Assembly (NCBI RefSeq): GCF_963921235.1
Contig: NC_086107.1
Span: 108,440,001-108,504,000, forward strand
Source of the DNA: Mobula hypostoma
Taxonomy: Eukaryota
Direction: 5' to 3'
DNA length: 64,000 nt
Both the position numbers and the translations under genes were made by a program. Shown piece after piece: positions 24,980-37,539 of the stretch (positions within the stretch are counted from its first letter, which is position 1; each line of letters starts with the position of its first letter). The notes under the pieces were generated by a model. It saw only the letters and a program-made list of their open reading frames with translations. It was not told where the DNA came from and made no database searches.

Positions 24980-25293
24980 TACGGCCAGATTTGGGAACAG
25001 CTTTTTTCCAACTGTGATATAACTGCTGAACGGATCTTGACCCAGATCTGAGCCGTACCCTCCAAACATCTGGACCTGCCTCTCGGTTTTTTTGCACTAC
25101 CTTACGTCACATTTTTCTATTTTCTATTTATGACTTATAATTTAAATTTTTAATATTTACTAATTTTAACTATTTTTAATATCTTTAGTATTTAATATTT
25201 GTAATCCAGGGAGTGGGAAGCGCAGAATCAAATATCACTGTGATGATTGTACGTTCTAGTACCAATTGTTTGGCGACAATAAGGTATAAAGTA
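24980..25293 (+). mobile_element. 3' end of the same Rex1 subfamily as 14199-16902
   Basis: Near-identical to 16592-16902, including the tail aataaggtataaagta. Confidence 0.9.
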
Positions 25294-27021
25294 CTGGACG
25301 ATAGTGATTGAGGGAACAAGCTAATGCTACAGAAGTAATTGCTGAGGCTCTCTCTCTGTCTCTGTGAACCTCGTTATTTAGAGAGAGATTAATGGAGCTG
25401 GAAATATCGCAGCCAAATTACAAATCACTTCTCTGCAAGGCTACCACCACTAGCCCCAGACTCCAACTGTTCCTCTAGGCTTCAATGTACATTCCTGCTT
25501 AATGTTTCATTTTAGTGAAAGTTGTTAATTTGCAATATGCAGATCTCTGTTACAATTGGCTGGTGGATGAAGGAACTAATTAGGGCTGGGTGACTTTGCA
25601 CGGTCAGGAGCCTTCCCTCGGCAGCTCGTTCAGGCAAACTTTCAGCAAAGTATCGTGTGATTGTTTGCTCAGCACATGAAATGGAGTTCACCTCTTCCCA
25701 TCTTTCAAGAGCAGCTGCAAATCTTACATTACAGCAATGAATGTGCTTTGAAAACTGCTTCAGTGGCACTTGTGGGAACATCTCGAGTTTTGTTGAGTGC
25801 ACTAGCGAAGGATAATTCTTTCCTGAACAGCACTTAAGCCTTTGTTACATTGGAATGTGGAACCTTTTGTTGAGATACCAGTGTATCAGCAGCAATATTA
25901 CTGCAGGGCACCTGGAAACTGGCTCGATTGTAAGCTAACCACTTAATCGAAGAAAGGAGGTCCAAAGGTATCCACGTGGAGAGTCCTCAAAATCACTTCA
26001 CACATTTGTGGGCTACCTCTGTGTGGATCTCATTTTTACTGATAGGCCAGTATCAGGTTTAGTATCGCCTACATATTTCATGAAATTTGCTGTTTCGTGC
26101 CAGCAGTACAGCACAAAACAAGCAAATTGCTGTAAATTATAAAAAGTGAATGGAAGAACAGTGAAATAGTGTTTACGGCTTTGTTGGCCGTTCAGAAAAC
26201 TAACGGCAGATGAGAAGAAGCTGGTCCTAGGATGATGAGTTTGGCTCCTGCACCTCCTCCCTGACGGTAGCAATGAGAAATTACGATCAGAATTTACTGG
26301 AAGTTGCTGCCAGTGAACAATGTGACCGAGGGTGACGTCCTTCAGTCGGTTCACGAAACTACTTCTTTTATTTCTTCTACGCTTTCTTTTTTATTCAAAT
26401 GTGGTTCTGCTATGGTTCGAGTCTGTAGTCTACATTTCGATGGTGTGTTTTGGGGCCGACTGAGCAACCAGACGCTTTGCTGTCTCTCTGATGGAGTTCC
26501 GTGAGGTTTCGAGCAAAGCCTGGAGGTTTCTTTGGAGGGCAAGAAGCCTGGAGATGGGGCGCGAGCCCATTTCTCACCCATTAAAGTGCTGAGGATGATT
26601 GAAATCAATGAGGATGAGAGCGCAAGGTGAGTGGGTGTTCAGCACCGACTACCCGTGGGTGACAAGTCTCTCTCTTCCCATTGCTCCCAAAGGAAGGTGC
26701 CTGTGTATGGACTGTCTCGCTCTCTCTCTCAATGCTGCTCGAGTCCTGCGTCTTGGGCAAGGTATAATCAACGCATTTTGTGGGTTGGACTCTTAGTTCA
26801 GATTATGATATGCTTCTGGTTTCTGGCCACTCCTTTTTTTGTTGCTATTTTATGCAATTTTGATCGGAGTGGTCTGGTTGGTGCGTCCCGCAGATAACAG
26901 AGACACGGCTCTGGGTTGGGCTGAACGGAGCTGGACTGAAAATCCCTGGACTCTTTCAATGAATTTGTGGTTTGGTGTTTTACATTCTGCGTTTTCCACT
27001 CATTCTTTTGCCGTTTAAGCA

Positions 27022-27186
27022 ACACACATCAAAGTTGCTGGTGAACGCAGCAGGCTAGGCAGCATCTCTAGGAAGAGGTACAGTCGATGTTTCGGGCCGA
27101 GACCCTTCGTCAGGACTAACTGAAGGAAGCAACTTTGATGTGTGTTGCTTGAATTTCCAGCATCTTCAGAATTCCTTGTGTTTGTG
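27022..27186 (+). mobile_element. Short Penelope-like insertion with inverted arm, hammerhead motif (minus, 27082-27117) and 17-bp TSD
   Basis: TSD cttttgccgtttaagca at 27005-27021 and 27187-27203. Confidence 0.85.
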
Positions 27187-27572
27187 CTTTTGCCGTTTAA
27201 GCAGTTTGGTTTTTTTGTGTTGGGGTTCAATGTTTTTCTTTGAACAGGTTCCATGATTTTCTTTGTTTCGTGACTGTCAGTGGGGAAGACGAATCTCAGG
27301 TTGTATACAGCATACATACCTTGATAACGGATGTACTTTAAGTCTTTGAGAAAAGGGCATGGCTCAGATCGGGATGGTCCTTAATGATGGACGCTGCTTT
27401 CTTGAGGCACCGCCATTTGAAGATGCCCTCGATTGAAGGTAGGCTTCTGCCTGTGGTGAGCTGGCTGAGCCTGGACCTCCCTGTGGCCTCTTGTGATCCT
27501 GCGCATTGGAGTCATCATCCCAGACTGAAATATAAATGGTCTGAGCCATGAACACTGAAGGTGGAGATGCTG

Positions 27573-27905
27573 GGCCGGCTGGTGGTGTAACGACATCGGC
27601 GCCGGACCCGGGAGCGGAGGTTCCTGGGTTCGAAACCAGTCGAGTCTGTTCCCGAGTACGCTTTCCATCCGTGCCGGGTTGAGTGTCGAGATCTCAACTC
27701 GACCTCGTAAAAATAAAGGGGAAATACTGCGAAAATGTCTGTGTGAGGAGTAGCGAGCCACACAGTCTCTCGCTCTCGCTCCGCGCCTTGTGAAAGCCAT
27801 GAAAAAGACATCATCACGGACGCATGCACAGACACGCAGAAACACACGAACAGACGCGCACGCACAGACTCGCACGCACGCAGGCACACGCCAAAATAAA
27901 AAAGA
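27573..27905 (+). mobile_element. Young CpG-rich tRNA-derived SINE with TSD
   Basis: A-box-like TGGTGTAACGA, B box GGTTCGAAACC and an A-rich tail. TSD tggagatgctg at 27562-27572 and 27906-27916. Confidence 0.85.
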
Positions 27906-29190
27906 TGGAGATGCTGTCCTCAGGAGTAGTGAGAACCCCCAAGAAGTGCAAGGAGGTCCTATGTAAGTGGTGGAAGGAATGGGTGACCCACTTGCTCACC
28001 CCTTCAGGCAGTACCTCCTCCAGTTCCCACATCAGCCACCTCAGAAGCCACAGAACCAAAGTGGGAAGAAGTTGTCCTCGTTCCCCTGGAGCTGCCTCAG
28101 AAGAAGGGCTGTATTCCAAAGATGTCCTTCCAGCCTCAAGAACATCTAAAGAGAATCTGGCATCTGTTTCGGGAGACAGACAGAGTGGGAGCAGCAGTAT
28201 AGAAGTGCTTCTGTTCTGTGGTTTTTGGTGGGCATACGAATGAAGGCGCTTGATGTTCAGATCACAGACTGGCTCCTCCAGGGAGCCAATGCGAGCACGG
28301 CGACAGGAAGGCAGGCACATTCCTTTCAAGGTCATCTCCACCTGCGAATGCATTTGATTTCCATTTCCCATCCCCTGACTGCAGAATCAGCTCTCGCTAG
28401 CTGGGCGAGACCTCAGCTGCAGTCTCGGAGTGAATCTCATGCTGTGGGGAAAGAGCCACAGTATTGGCTCTTTCTCCTTCTGCACACGAAGGGGCAGAGT
28501 TGGCCGCAGGAAGCCCTTTGAACAATCACTCAAGAAGCCACGTAAGGGGAAACGATGCTATGTTTTTAAATTTAAAGTTTACACTACTGAATATACCAAC
28601 CACGAATGTAAAGGGTTTTGTTACAGTCTTTTCTTTGTGTATATATCTTTATTATGAATGGTCTATTTTTCAAATAAAAAGGAGTAAATCTTATACTTGC
28701 ATCCCACACAGCTCGCCCACCCACCAGGATGTTTGACTGCTGGGTAATCCAAGGCATATGAATAGGGACAAATTCTGTCTGTGAAGGCAATGGCACTCCT
28801 CAGCCATTCCACAGCAGACTGCAGTTGCCCCCACCCCCTTCTGTTGATAGAGTATGTGTGATGTCTCTGGGTCTGTACTCCAAGGAGTTCAGAGGGAAGA
28901 GGGATGCAGTGTTGGGAAGGGAATCTCACTGAAATATATGAGACACTGAAAGCCCTCGATAGGTCGCAGGGAGGATGTTTCCATTAGCAGGAGAGTCTAG
29001 CATCTGAGGACCCAGCATCAAGATAAAGGGATGTCCCTTTAAAGTTGGAATAAGCGATATTTTTTCAGCCAAGGGAAGGTGAATCAATGGAATTGTTTGC
29101 CATTGAGGGCTATGGAAGCCAAATCATTGTGTGTTTTTAAGGCAGCAACTGATAAGGTCTTGATTTGTAAGGAAGGGGGTTAAAGGTTAT

Positions 29191-29452
29191 TGTTGTGTGT
29201 TTAATATTTCAATAACATTTGAGTTAACTTGAGTGTGTATATGTGTGTGTATCTACAACACATAGATTTATAGATTGTTTAAGCATTCTTGTTCACTTAA
29301 ATAATTCACTACAGGTTATATGTATAAATACATGAATTTGAAACATCACCACACTACCTACTCAAAGTAAAAACAAAGTTAGAACTAGATTTCCCAGGCT
29401 CCCGTGTCTTCCTTTCAATTATTTTAATGTTTTGAAGTTACAAAACATAACA
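29191..29452. mobile_element. Solo LTR inserted in a CR1 fragment (28920-29560)
   Basis: TGTT...AACA termini and an imperfect 5-bp TSD (gttat/tttac). Homologous to 60934-61178. Confidence 0.75.
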
Positions 29453-29995
29453 TTTACAGGGAGAAGGCAGGACAATGGAGTTAAAAAAATGAGCTATGAT
29501 TAATAGCAGAGAAGACTTGATGTGCACAACAGCTTAAATCTGCTTCTATACCTAATGGTTTTATTAACTGCACCCAGGAGCCTCGAGCTCTAAGGTGCCT
29601 CATCCAATGCACTACAGTTAATAAGCACAGTATTCCCATTGCACACTAAACTTTGTTTTATCATTCTACTTGGAAATGAAGTTTCTTATTTTCTAGTCAT
29701 CCTGCCATCCTACACAATTGATCCCCAAGTTAAGGTCCTGGCTGTAGGTTGTAACCCTCCAGAAAGTTGCTTCATGAAGGTCGGACTATTTAATTATGGT
29801 GAGATCACAGTCCAAGCCAATCTGCAGGAGGAATTTGGGATGCTGAATTCTAGGTTGCCATTGAAGTACTGCTTCCTCCACACATTGGCAATCTCCCCAT
29901 ACCCCAGCAGCTCTGCCTGTCGGAGATGAGCAAACATTGTGTGTGTGAGGGGGAATTCACTGTCGCTCAATGCGTCAGCTTTACCTCTGAGCAAA

Positions 29996-31830
29996 ATCAG
30001 AATCAGGTTTAATATCACTGCCGTATGCCGTGAAATTTGTTGTTTGCGGCATCAGTACATAGCAATACGTAAAATCTATTTTTAAACTATAAATTACAAC
30101 AAGAAGTATATATAAAAACTAAATTAATTAAGTAGTGCAAGAAGAAAGCAAAAGTAGTTCATGGGTTCACTGTCAATTCAGAAATCTGATGGCAGAGGGG
30201 AAGAAGCTGTTCCTGAAAAGCTGCATGTGTCCCCTCAGGCTCCTGTGCCTCCTCCCTGGTGGTAGCAATGAGAAGAAGTCATGTTCTGGCTGATGGGGGT
30301 CCTTAGTGACAGATGCCACATTTTGAGACATCGCCTTTTGAAGATGTCCTCGATGCTGGGGAGGCTAGTGCCCATGATGGACTGGCTGAATTTAGAACCT
30401 TCTTCAGCTTATTCTGATCTTGTGCAATGGCCCTTCCATACCAGAATGCTCTCCATCTGTAGAAATATGAGAGAGTCTTTGGTGACGTACCAAGTCTCCC
30501 TCAAACTCTTAATGAAATAGTGATTGCATCAGTATGTTGGACATTTGGTAGATCATCAGAAATGTTGACACCCAGAAACTTGAAACTGTTCACCCTTTCC
30601 ACTGCTGATCCCTCGATGCAGACCGGTAGTATTTTCCCTCAAATTACCCTTCCTGAAGTCCACAATCGATTCCTTGGTCTTACTGATGTTGAGTGCAAGG
30701 TTGTTGTGGTGACACCACTCAACCAGCTGATCAATCTTGCTCTTATACGCCTCTTCATAATCATCTGGAATTCTGCCAAAAATATCTGCAAAATTCATAA
30801 ATGGCATTTGAACTGTGCTGAGCCACACCATCATGGGCATATAGAGAGTAGAGCAGTCAACTAAGGATGCATCCTTGAGGTGTGTATTGTTGACTGTCAG
30901 CCTGCAAGGAGATGTTATTTCCAATCTTCACTAACTGTGGTCTCCAGGTGACGAAGTCAAGGATCCATTTGCTGACGGTGGTACTGAGGCCCAGGTTTTG
31001 GAGCTTGTTGATTAGAACTGAGGGTACGATTGTGCTGAACACTGAGCTGTAATCGATAAACAGCGGCCTGATGTAGGTATTACAATTGTCCAGGTGAACC
31101 AAGGCTGACTGGAGAGCCAGTGAGAATGTATCTGCTGTTAAGACTTCTTTTCAAATCTTTTTATTGTTATATTATACAGAAAAAATAACGAGTACATTGA
31201 AGTAACAACACTTACAATGTCTCAAAACAGACATTATCTTAAAGTTTGAAAAAAAATTTGTGATAACAAAAAAAACCTACTAAGCAAAAAAGTGAGAGAA
31301 AAAAAGAACCCATTAGGTGTACAACCCCGGAGCCATGCGTCATACAAAAAGCTTCTAAAAATAAACATCAAACCACCAGCAAGAAAAGAAAATATACTAA
31401 AAAATTTACAATTAAATCGTGGAAAAATTATATCAATTAGCTTAAATGATAATAACGAGCAAATGAGCCCCATCTTTTCTCAAAATCAAATAAAGGTTCA
31501 AGGGTTTGACTTCTAATTTTCTCCAAACTAAGACATAGCATCACTTGAGAGAACCATTGTGACAAAGTGGGAGCTGATGTATCCTTCCACTTCAACAAAA
31601 TGGCCCTCCTAGCTATCAATGTAACAAATGCAATACATCTGCTGTTAGACTTATTGTGATGATGGGCAAGTTGCAGCAGGTCGAGGTCCTTGCTTAGGCA
31701 AGATTTGATTCTGGCCGTGACCAACCCCTCAAAGCATTTCATCACAGTAGATGTGAACATAAGCCGAACGGCAGATCGCGCTGCTCTTCTTGGGCATTGG
31801 CATGATTGTTGCCTCTTTCTTTGGTCCTGT
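29996..31830 (-). mobile_element. Degenerate Rex1-type LINE (RT to 3' tail), split by an L1
   Basis: TSTVMKCFE, LFIDYSSVFSTI, PQGCIL and WCHHNNLALNISKTKE motifs, with a (tctgat)n tail. Confidence 0.85.
31147..31636 (-). mobile_element. L1 LINE 3' end with TSD
   Basis: FVTLIARRAILLKWK...LSLEKIR...FEKRW matches a fish-type L1 ORF2 C-terminus. TSD atctgctgtta(a)gactt at 31130-31146 and 31637-31652. Confidence 0.85.
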
Positions 31831-31876
31831 TTCTTTGATGCGGAGCTCGGTGACTCAACCTTGACTTCTCCCAGCT

Positions 31877-32490
31877 CAGAATCAGAATCAGGTTTAATAT
31901 CACCGGTATATGTCATGGAATTTGTTGACTTTGTGGCAGCAGTACAATGCAATAGATAATAATAGAAAAAAACACAAATTATAGTAAGTATATATATAAT
32001 AGCTAAATTAGATAAGTAGTGCAAAAATAGAAATTTTAAAAAAGTAAGTTAATGCTTGCTGTCCATTTAGAAATCTGATGGCAGAGGGGAAGAAGCTGTT
32101 CCTGAATCATTGAGTGTGTGTCTTCAGGCTTCTGGACCTCTTCCCTGACGGTTGCAATGAGAACAGGGTATGACCTGGGTGATGGGGATCCTTAATGACG
32201 GACAATGCATTTTTGAGGCATGGCTCCTTGAAGATGTCCTGGATACTAACATAGGCTAGCACTCATGAGGGAGCTGACTAAGTTTACAACTCTCTGCAGC
32301 TTATTTCAATCCTGCGCAGTAGCCGCTCCCCTTGCATGCATACCAGACAGTGATGCAGCCAGTTAGAATGCTCTGCACGGTACACCTGCAGGAATGTTTG
32401 AGTGTCTTTGGAAGCATACCAAATCATTTCAAACCCCTAATGAAATATAGCTGCTGTCGTGGCTGCTTTGTAGCTGCTTCGACATGTTGG
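31877..32490 (-). mobile_element. Rex1-type LINE 3' fragment
   Basis: Antisense RCTVQSILTGCITVW motif with a (tctgat)n tail. Confidence 0.75.
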
Positions 32491-32624
32491 CTAACCTTGA
32501 ATTCATTACTTCTCAACAACCTACCCATAAATCCTTTCAAGCCCTATCGCACAGGATGACCAAAAAGAAAACACAATATTATGCACACACCATAAACACA
32601 GAGCAACAAACATAAAAAAATCGC

Positions 32625-33236
32625 CTGCTGCCGGGGGCAGGGTCGAAACGCTCCGCAGAGATGGTGCTCGGTGTCGAATAGGTGGTCGGAGTTTTGAGGA
32701 TGCTTCCGGGATGCTGCATCGGCAAGTTGGCGGCACTGGAGGTTTACTGTCTGCATGAGATGATGGGACTTTTTACCATGCCCATGGTCTGTTCTTCTAT
32801 CAAATTATGGTATTGCTTTGCACTGTTGTAACTGTATGTTATAATTATGCAAACACGAGGAATTCTGCAGGTGCTGGAATTTCAAGCAACACACAACAAA
32901 GTTGCTGGTGAACACAGCAGGCCAGGCAGCATCTCTAGGAAGAGGTACAGTCGACGTTTCGGGCCGAGACCCTTCTTTCAGTTAGTCCTGACGAAGGGTC
33001 TCGGCCTGAAATGTCAATAGTACCTCTTCCTAGAGATGCTGCCTGGCCTGCTGCGTTCACCAGCAACTTTGATGTGTGTTGCACGTTATAATTATGTGGT
33101 TTTTGTTAGTTTTTAAGTCGGTTTGTCATGTGTTTTGGTGATATCATTCTGGAAAAACATTTTTATCATTTCTTAATGCATGCATTACTAAATGACAATA
33201 AAAGGGGACTACATGTCCTCATAATCATAATCATAA
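32625..33236 (+). mobile_element. AAGATGGC-family retroposon, truncated, split by a Penelope-like insertion
   Basis: Shares ccatggtctgttctt...caaattatggtattgc...aatgacaataaa with the other copies, ending in an (ataatc)n tail. Confidence 0.75.
32850..33084 (-). mobile_element. Short fold-back Penelope-like insertion with hammerhead motif and 12-bp TSD
   Basis: TSD gttataattatg at 32838-32849 and 33085-33096, with inverted arms of about 90 bp. Confidence 0.85.
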
Positions 33237-33239
33237 TAA

Positions 33240-33812
33240 ATACTGGAGGAACTCAGCAGGTCAGGAAGCATCTATGGAGAGGAACAAACAGTCAGTGTTT
33301 CAGGCCAGGACCCTTCAGCAGGACTGGAAAGGAAAGGCGAACACACCAGAATGAGAAGGTGGGATCGAGGGAAGGAGTACAAGCTGGCAGGTGATAGATG
33401 AAGACAAGTGGGGGCGTGACAGCTTGGTGGGGAAGGGGAATGAAATGGGAAGCTGGGAGCTGTTAAGTGGAAAAGGAAAAGGGCTGAAGAAGAAGGAATC
33501 TGATGAATCTGAGAGGAGGGGGTAGAAAGGGAAGGAGGAGTGGCACCAGGGGGAGCTGATGGGCAGGTGAGGAGAAGGGATAAGAGGGGAGCCAGAATGG
33601 GGAATGGAAATAGAGAGATGCAGGAAGGGGTGAAGTGATCAGAACTTAGACAAATCAATATTCATGTTGGCAGGTTGGAGACTACTCAGATGGCAGATGA
33701 GGTGTTGCGCCTCCCACCTGAGGGTGCCCTCATCCCGCAGTAGAAGAGGCCATAGACCAACATGTCTGAATGGGAATGGGAAGTAGAACTAAAGTAGTTG
33801 GCCACAGGGAAA
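33240..33812 (-). mobile_element. Penelope-like element 3' part (older subfamily)
   Basis: DFPVANYFSSTSHSHSDMLVYGLFYC (ORF 33686-33877) and a minus-strand AGTCCTGCTGAAGGGTCCTGGCCTGAAAC. Confidence 0.8.
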
Positions 33813-36654
33813 TCACACCTGTCACAGCCAGAGCGTAGGTGAGTACAAGAGGAGCCCATTCTTCCCACTGTGTTCATGCAGAACTACGTTGGACCTTTCC
33901 TCTCCATTGATAGCCTTGTTCGGTTCGGCTCTCCAGGTCCTCAGGCAGTGGGGTGAGGGTCTCTTCCTTTACCTAATCCTCATGCAGTGCGTTCCAGACC
34001 CCCACCACTGAGTGAAACAATTTTACATCAACTCACGCTCCTCTCCTTAAGCAATTGCCCGGCCCCCTTCGATTCCAAGCTCCAGCCCCCGTCGACTCAT
34101 CTGTTCAGGGCTTTGTTAGCCCTGAACAATGGGGTGCTTGTGTTCTAGGTAAAATTGGAACAGACTGATCTACTTTCTGAGCAGTGGCTGCGTTTGAGTT
34201 CAAGTTCAGTTTCCCATGGCAGTGGACACCACTTCTCCTGTAACTAGCCCCCACTGCACATCTCTGAGCTGCTGTCAATAACACAGCTAGAAGCAGGGTC
34301 AGAGGGCATGCACGTCGCATGATCCTAACCCCTGCGGAAAAATATCTTTAGCAGCAACTGTAGTGTGAGCACAGAATGTATCTTTATAGATCTGCTCCTT
34401 TGTTGTCAGCTAATTCTTTTGCTGTTCCTTCAATCACCACCTGCCTGGCTTTTAAATAGTCCTTGGCTCGAGGGAAGTGCACAGAGATGTCCAACGATGA
34501 TATTAGCAGTAGCTTTTGATTGCTGGCCGCAGCATAGAATTACCCTTACTTTTGAATCAAAACTTTGCCTCTCTCTCCCTAAATGTGCAGCCTCTAGTAA
34601 CTTCCACCCTGGAAAAAAGATTCCGTCTGTTTGATCCATGCCTCTTCTAATTTTATAATCTTCTGACTGGTCTCCCCTCAGCCTCAGATGCTGCCCCAAG
34701 GGCCAAGGGTGGTTTTACATTGTCGGGCAAGGCATTACTGAAGGGTGTGCTGTACTGTCATAGGGAAAGTGCACAAGATGATTGAGTGAATGGTCAGAGA
34801 CGTTTTTCCAGGGCAGAAATGGTACAGCACTAAAAGGGGGTAACAAGTCTTTGGGTATATATAAAGAGGAGGTTGACAGGTTCTTGATTAGTTAGGGTGT
34901 CAAAGTTTACAGGGAGGAGGCAGCAGAATGGGGTTGAGAGCGACAATAAGTCAGCCGAGATGAAATGATGGACCAGACTCAATGGGCTGAATGGCCTAAT
35001 TCTGCTTCTATGTCATATGGTCTTATGGAGCAGTGCGGAGGGTGGTGCAGGTGTCAGAAGATCAGAATGAGTGGTACTGGTGTCAAGGCCTGGCTCCAGA
35101 GGACTGAACCTCCAGTTGAGCGCTAGGGAGCGCTGTACTGCTGGAAAGGCAGTATTGAGGATGCCGCCATGTTGTCAGGGAGGCCTGCTGGCCTGCTGCT
35201 AACATGGTCCCATGTTATCGGGAAGCTTTTGGGGTCACGCCTCCTCTCGGTACTGGAGAGGGTATCACATGGCCAATACTGAGGATGAATCGGTATTCTG
35301 GGCGGAATAGTAGCGTAACATAGAACATAGAACACCACAGTGCATCCCTTCAGCCCATCTTATAACCTACTGTAAGATCAATCTAACCCTTCCCTCCTAA
35401 ATAGTCCTCCATTTTTCTATCATCCACGCACCTATCTAAGAGTTTCTTAAATGCCCCTAATGTATCTGCCTCTACCACCAGTCCTGGCAGGGCTTTCCAC
35501 ACACCCACCACTTTCTGTATTTAAAAAAAACTTACCTCTGACATCTCCCCTATACTTTCCTCCAATCACCTTAAAATTATGTCCCATCATTCTATCCATT
35601 TTCACCCTGGCTGTTCACTCAATCTATGCCTCTTATCATCCTGAGTGCTGTAACACTATAGCAGTGCCACTGACTGGGGTTCAATTCCACCACTGTCTGT
35701 GTGAAATTTGTACATCCTCCCCGTGACCACATGAGTTTCCTGCGGGAGCTCCAGTGTCCACCCACGTTCCGAAATCAATTGGTCACATGAGTGCTCCTTG
35801 GGCCCATAGTTCAATAGTTCAGCTTAGTATCAGAGAGTGTATACAGTATACAACCTGAAATTCTTACTCTTCACAGACATCCTCGAAACAGAAGAAAAAA
35901 AATGCAAAGAATGAATGACAGAAAAAACATAAAAATCCCAAATCCCCTGCTTCCCCCCTCCCATAAACAAGCGGGATCAACCCTCCCCCCCCTACATATT
36001 CTAACACAAAGCATCAGCATTCCCACCACCCGGCATGCAAGCAAAAGCAAAGCCCCCCAAAGAGAGACCATGGTCTACAGTCCATCAAAAACTAACTGTT
36101 CACTCCAACATTTCGACATCCCACAGGCTCGATCTCTCTCTCACTAACAAGGGAAAGACAGATTTCATATCTTGCTAACAAAAGAGAGACAGATATCATT
36201 CCTTCCACAGCGACAGGGGCCTTGTTACCATGTTGTATCTCTAAGTAATAAAGAATGTACAACAGAACTGGCCTTTCAGCCCATCGTAACTGTGCTGAAC
36301 ACGATGCAAAAATCAAACTGAATTTCTTCCACCTTCATATCCCTCTTTTCCCTGCATATTCATGTGTCTATCCAAAAGCCTCTTAAATGACACTATTGAT
36401 CCTGCCAGGTACCCCCTTCTAGGCACCCATCACCTTCACTGTAATAAAAATAGTTTGCCCTGCAATCCTCCCTTACACCCTGCCCCTCTCTCCTTAAATG
36501 TGTATCCTTCGGTAGCTGACATTTCTGCATTGGAAGAAAGATTGTGACTATCTGCTCCTATCTATGCCTCTCCTTATAAGCTGCTAACAGCTCACCTCTC
36601 AGCCTCAGAAGCTGCAGAGAAAATGACCCTCAGGGCTAGTACAGAGGGTGGTCT

Positions 36655-37090
36655 TAGGAAGGGATGGTTGAGTGCACTTGGCCTTTTCTCCTTGGAGCGA
36701 CGGAGGATGAGAGGTGACCTGATAGAGGTGTATAAGATGATGAGAGGCATTGATCGTGTGGATAGTCAGAGGCTTTGTCCCAGGGCTGAAATGGCTAGCA
36801 TGAGAGGGCACAGTTTTAAGGTGCTTGGAAATAGGTACGGAGGGGATGTCAGGGGTACGTTTTTCACACAGAGTGGTGGGTGCGTGGAATGCACTGCTGG
36901 CAAAGGTAGTGGAAGCGGATACAGTAGGGTCTTTTAAGAGCCTCTGAGATAGATACATGGAGCTTAGAAAAATAGAGGGCTATGTGCTAGGGAAATTCTA
37001 AGCATCTCTGGAGTAGGTTACAGAGTCGACACCACATTGTGGACTGTAGGGCCTGGAATGTGCTGTAAATTTCTACGTTCTATGTTCTTA
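36655..37090 (+). mobile_element. CR1 LINE 3' end
   Basis: LSALGLFSLERRRMRGDLIEVYKM (ORF 36623-36937). Same subfamily as 54060-54430 (minus) and 1-160. Confidence 0.88.
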
Positions 37091-37539
37091 CACTGTCAGA
37101 CAGGGTGTTACTGAAGCATGCAGCATACTGTCAGGGGGGGCAGTGCTGGCGGGGCGACATGAAAGGGGGTATCACATGTCAGAAGGAGCAGAGTTGTTGG
37201 CGGTGCTGTGTCCTAAAGTCTGGACTGAGCATGGCATACTGTCGTCAGCGGTGGTGTAATGGAGAAATACATATCTCAGCCCGAAACGGCGACTATCTAT
37301 TCATTCTCATAGACGCTGCCTGACCTGCTGAGTTCCTCCTGCATGCTTTGGATTTCCAGTATCTGCAGGCCTTCTCGTGTTTATGAAATACATACGTTTT
37401 TGGATTTGCTGATTCACTTGGCAAAATGTGAGAATGAGGACGGCTTCAGCGGATATAAGTGATCTGGAGGGACAACTATTAGACCTGGGGTCTTCTGATA
37501 AGGTGATTGGAGGAAAGTATAGGGGGGATGTCAAAGACA

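Noticed and set aside
26639..26660. TTCAGCACC as a REST/NRSE site
   Set aside because: The right half-site GGACAG is absent, and the motif lies in a repeat-like region.
27920..28685. Overlapping ORFs of 139-185 aa as a novel gene
   Set aside because: They begin in the SINE simple-repeat tail, show no recognisable domain, and the region ends like a decayed LINE (possibly Tx1) 3' end.
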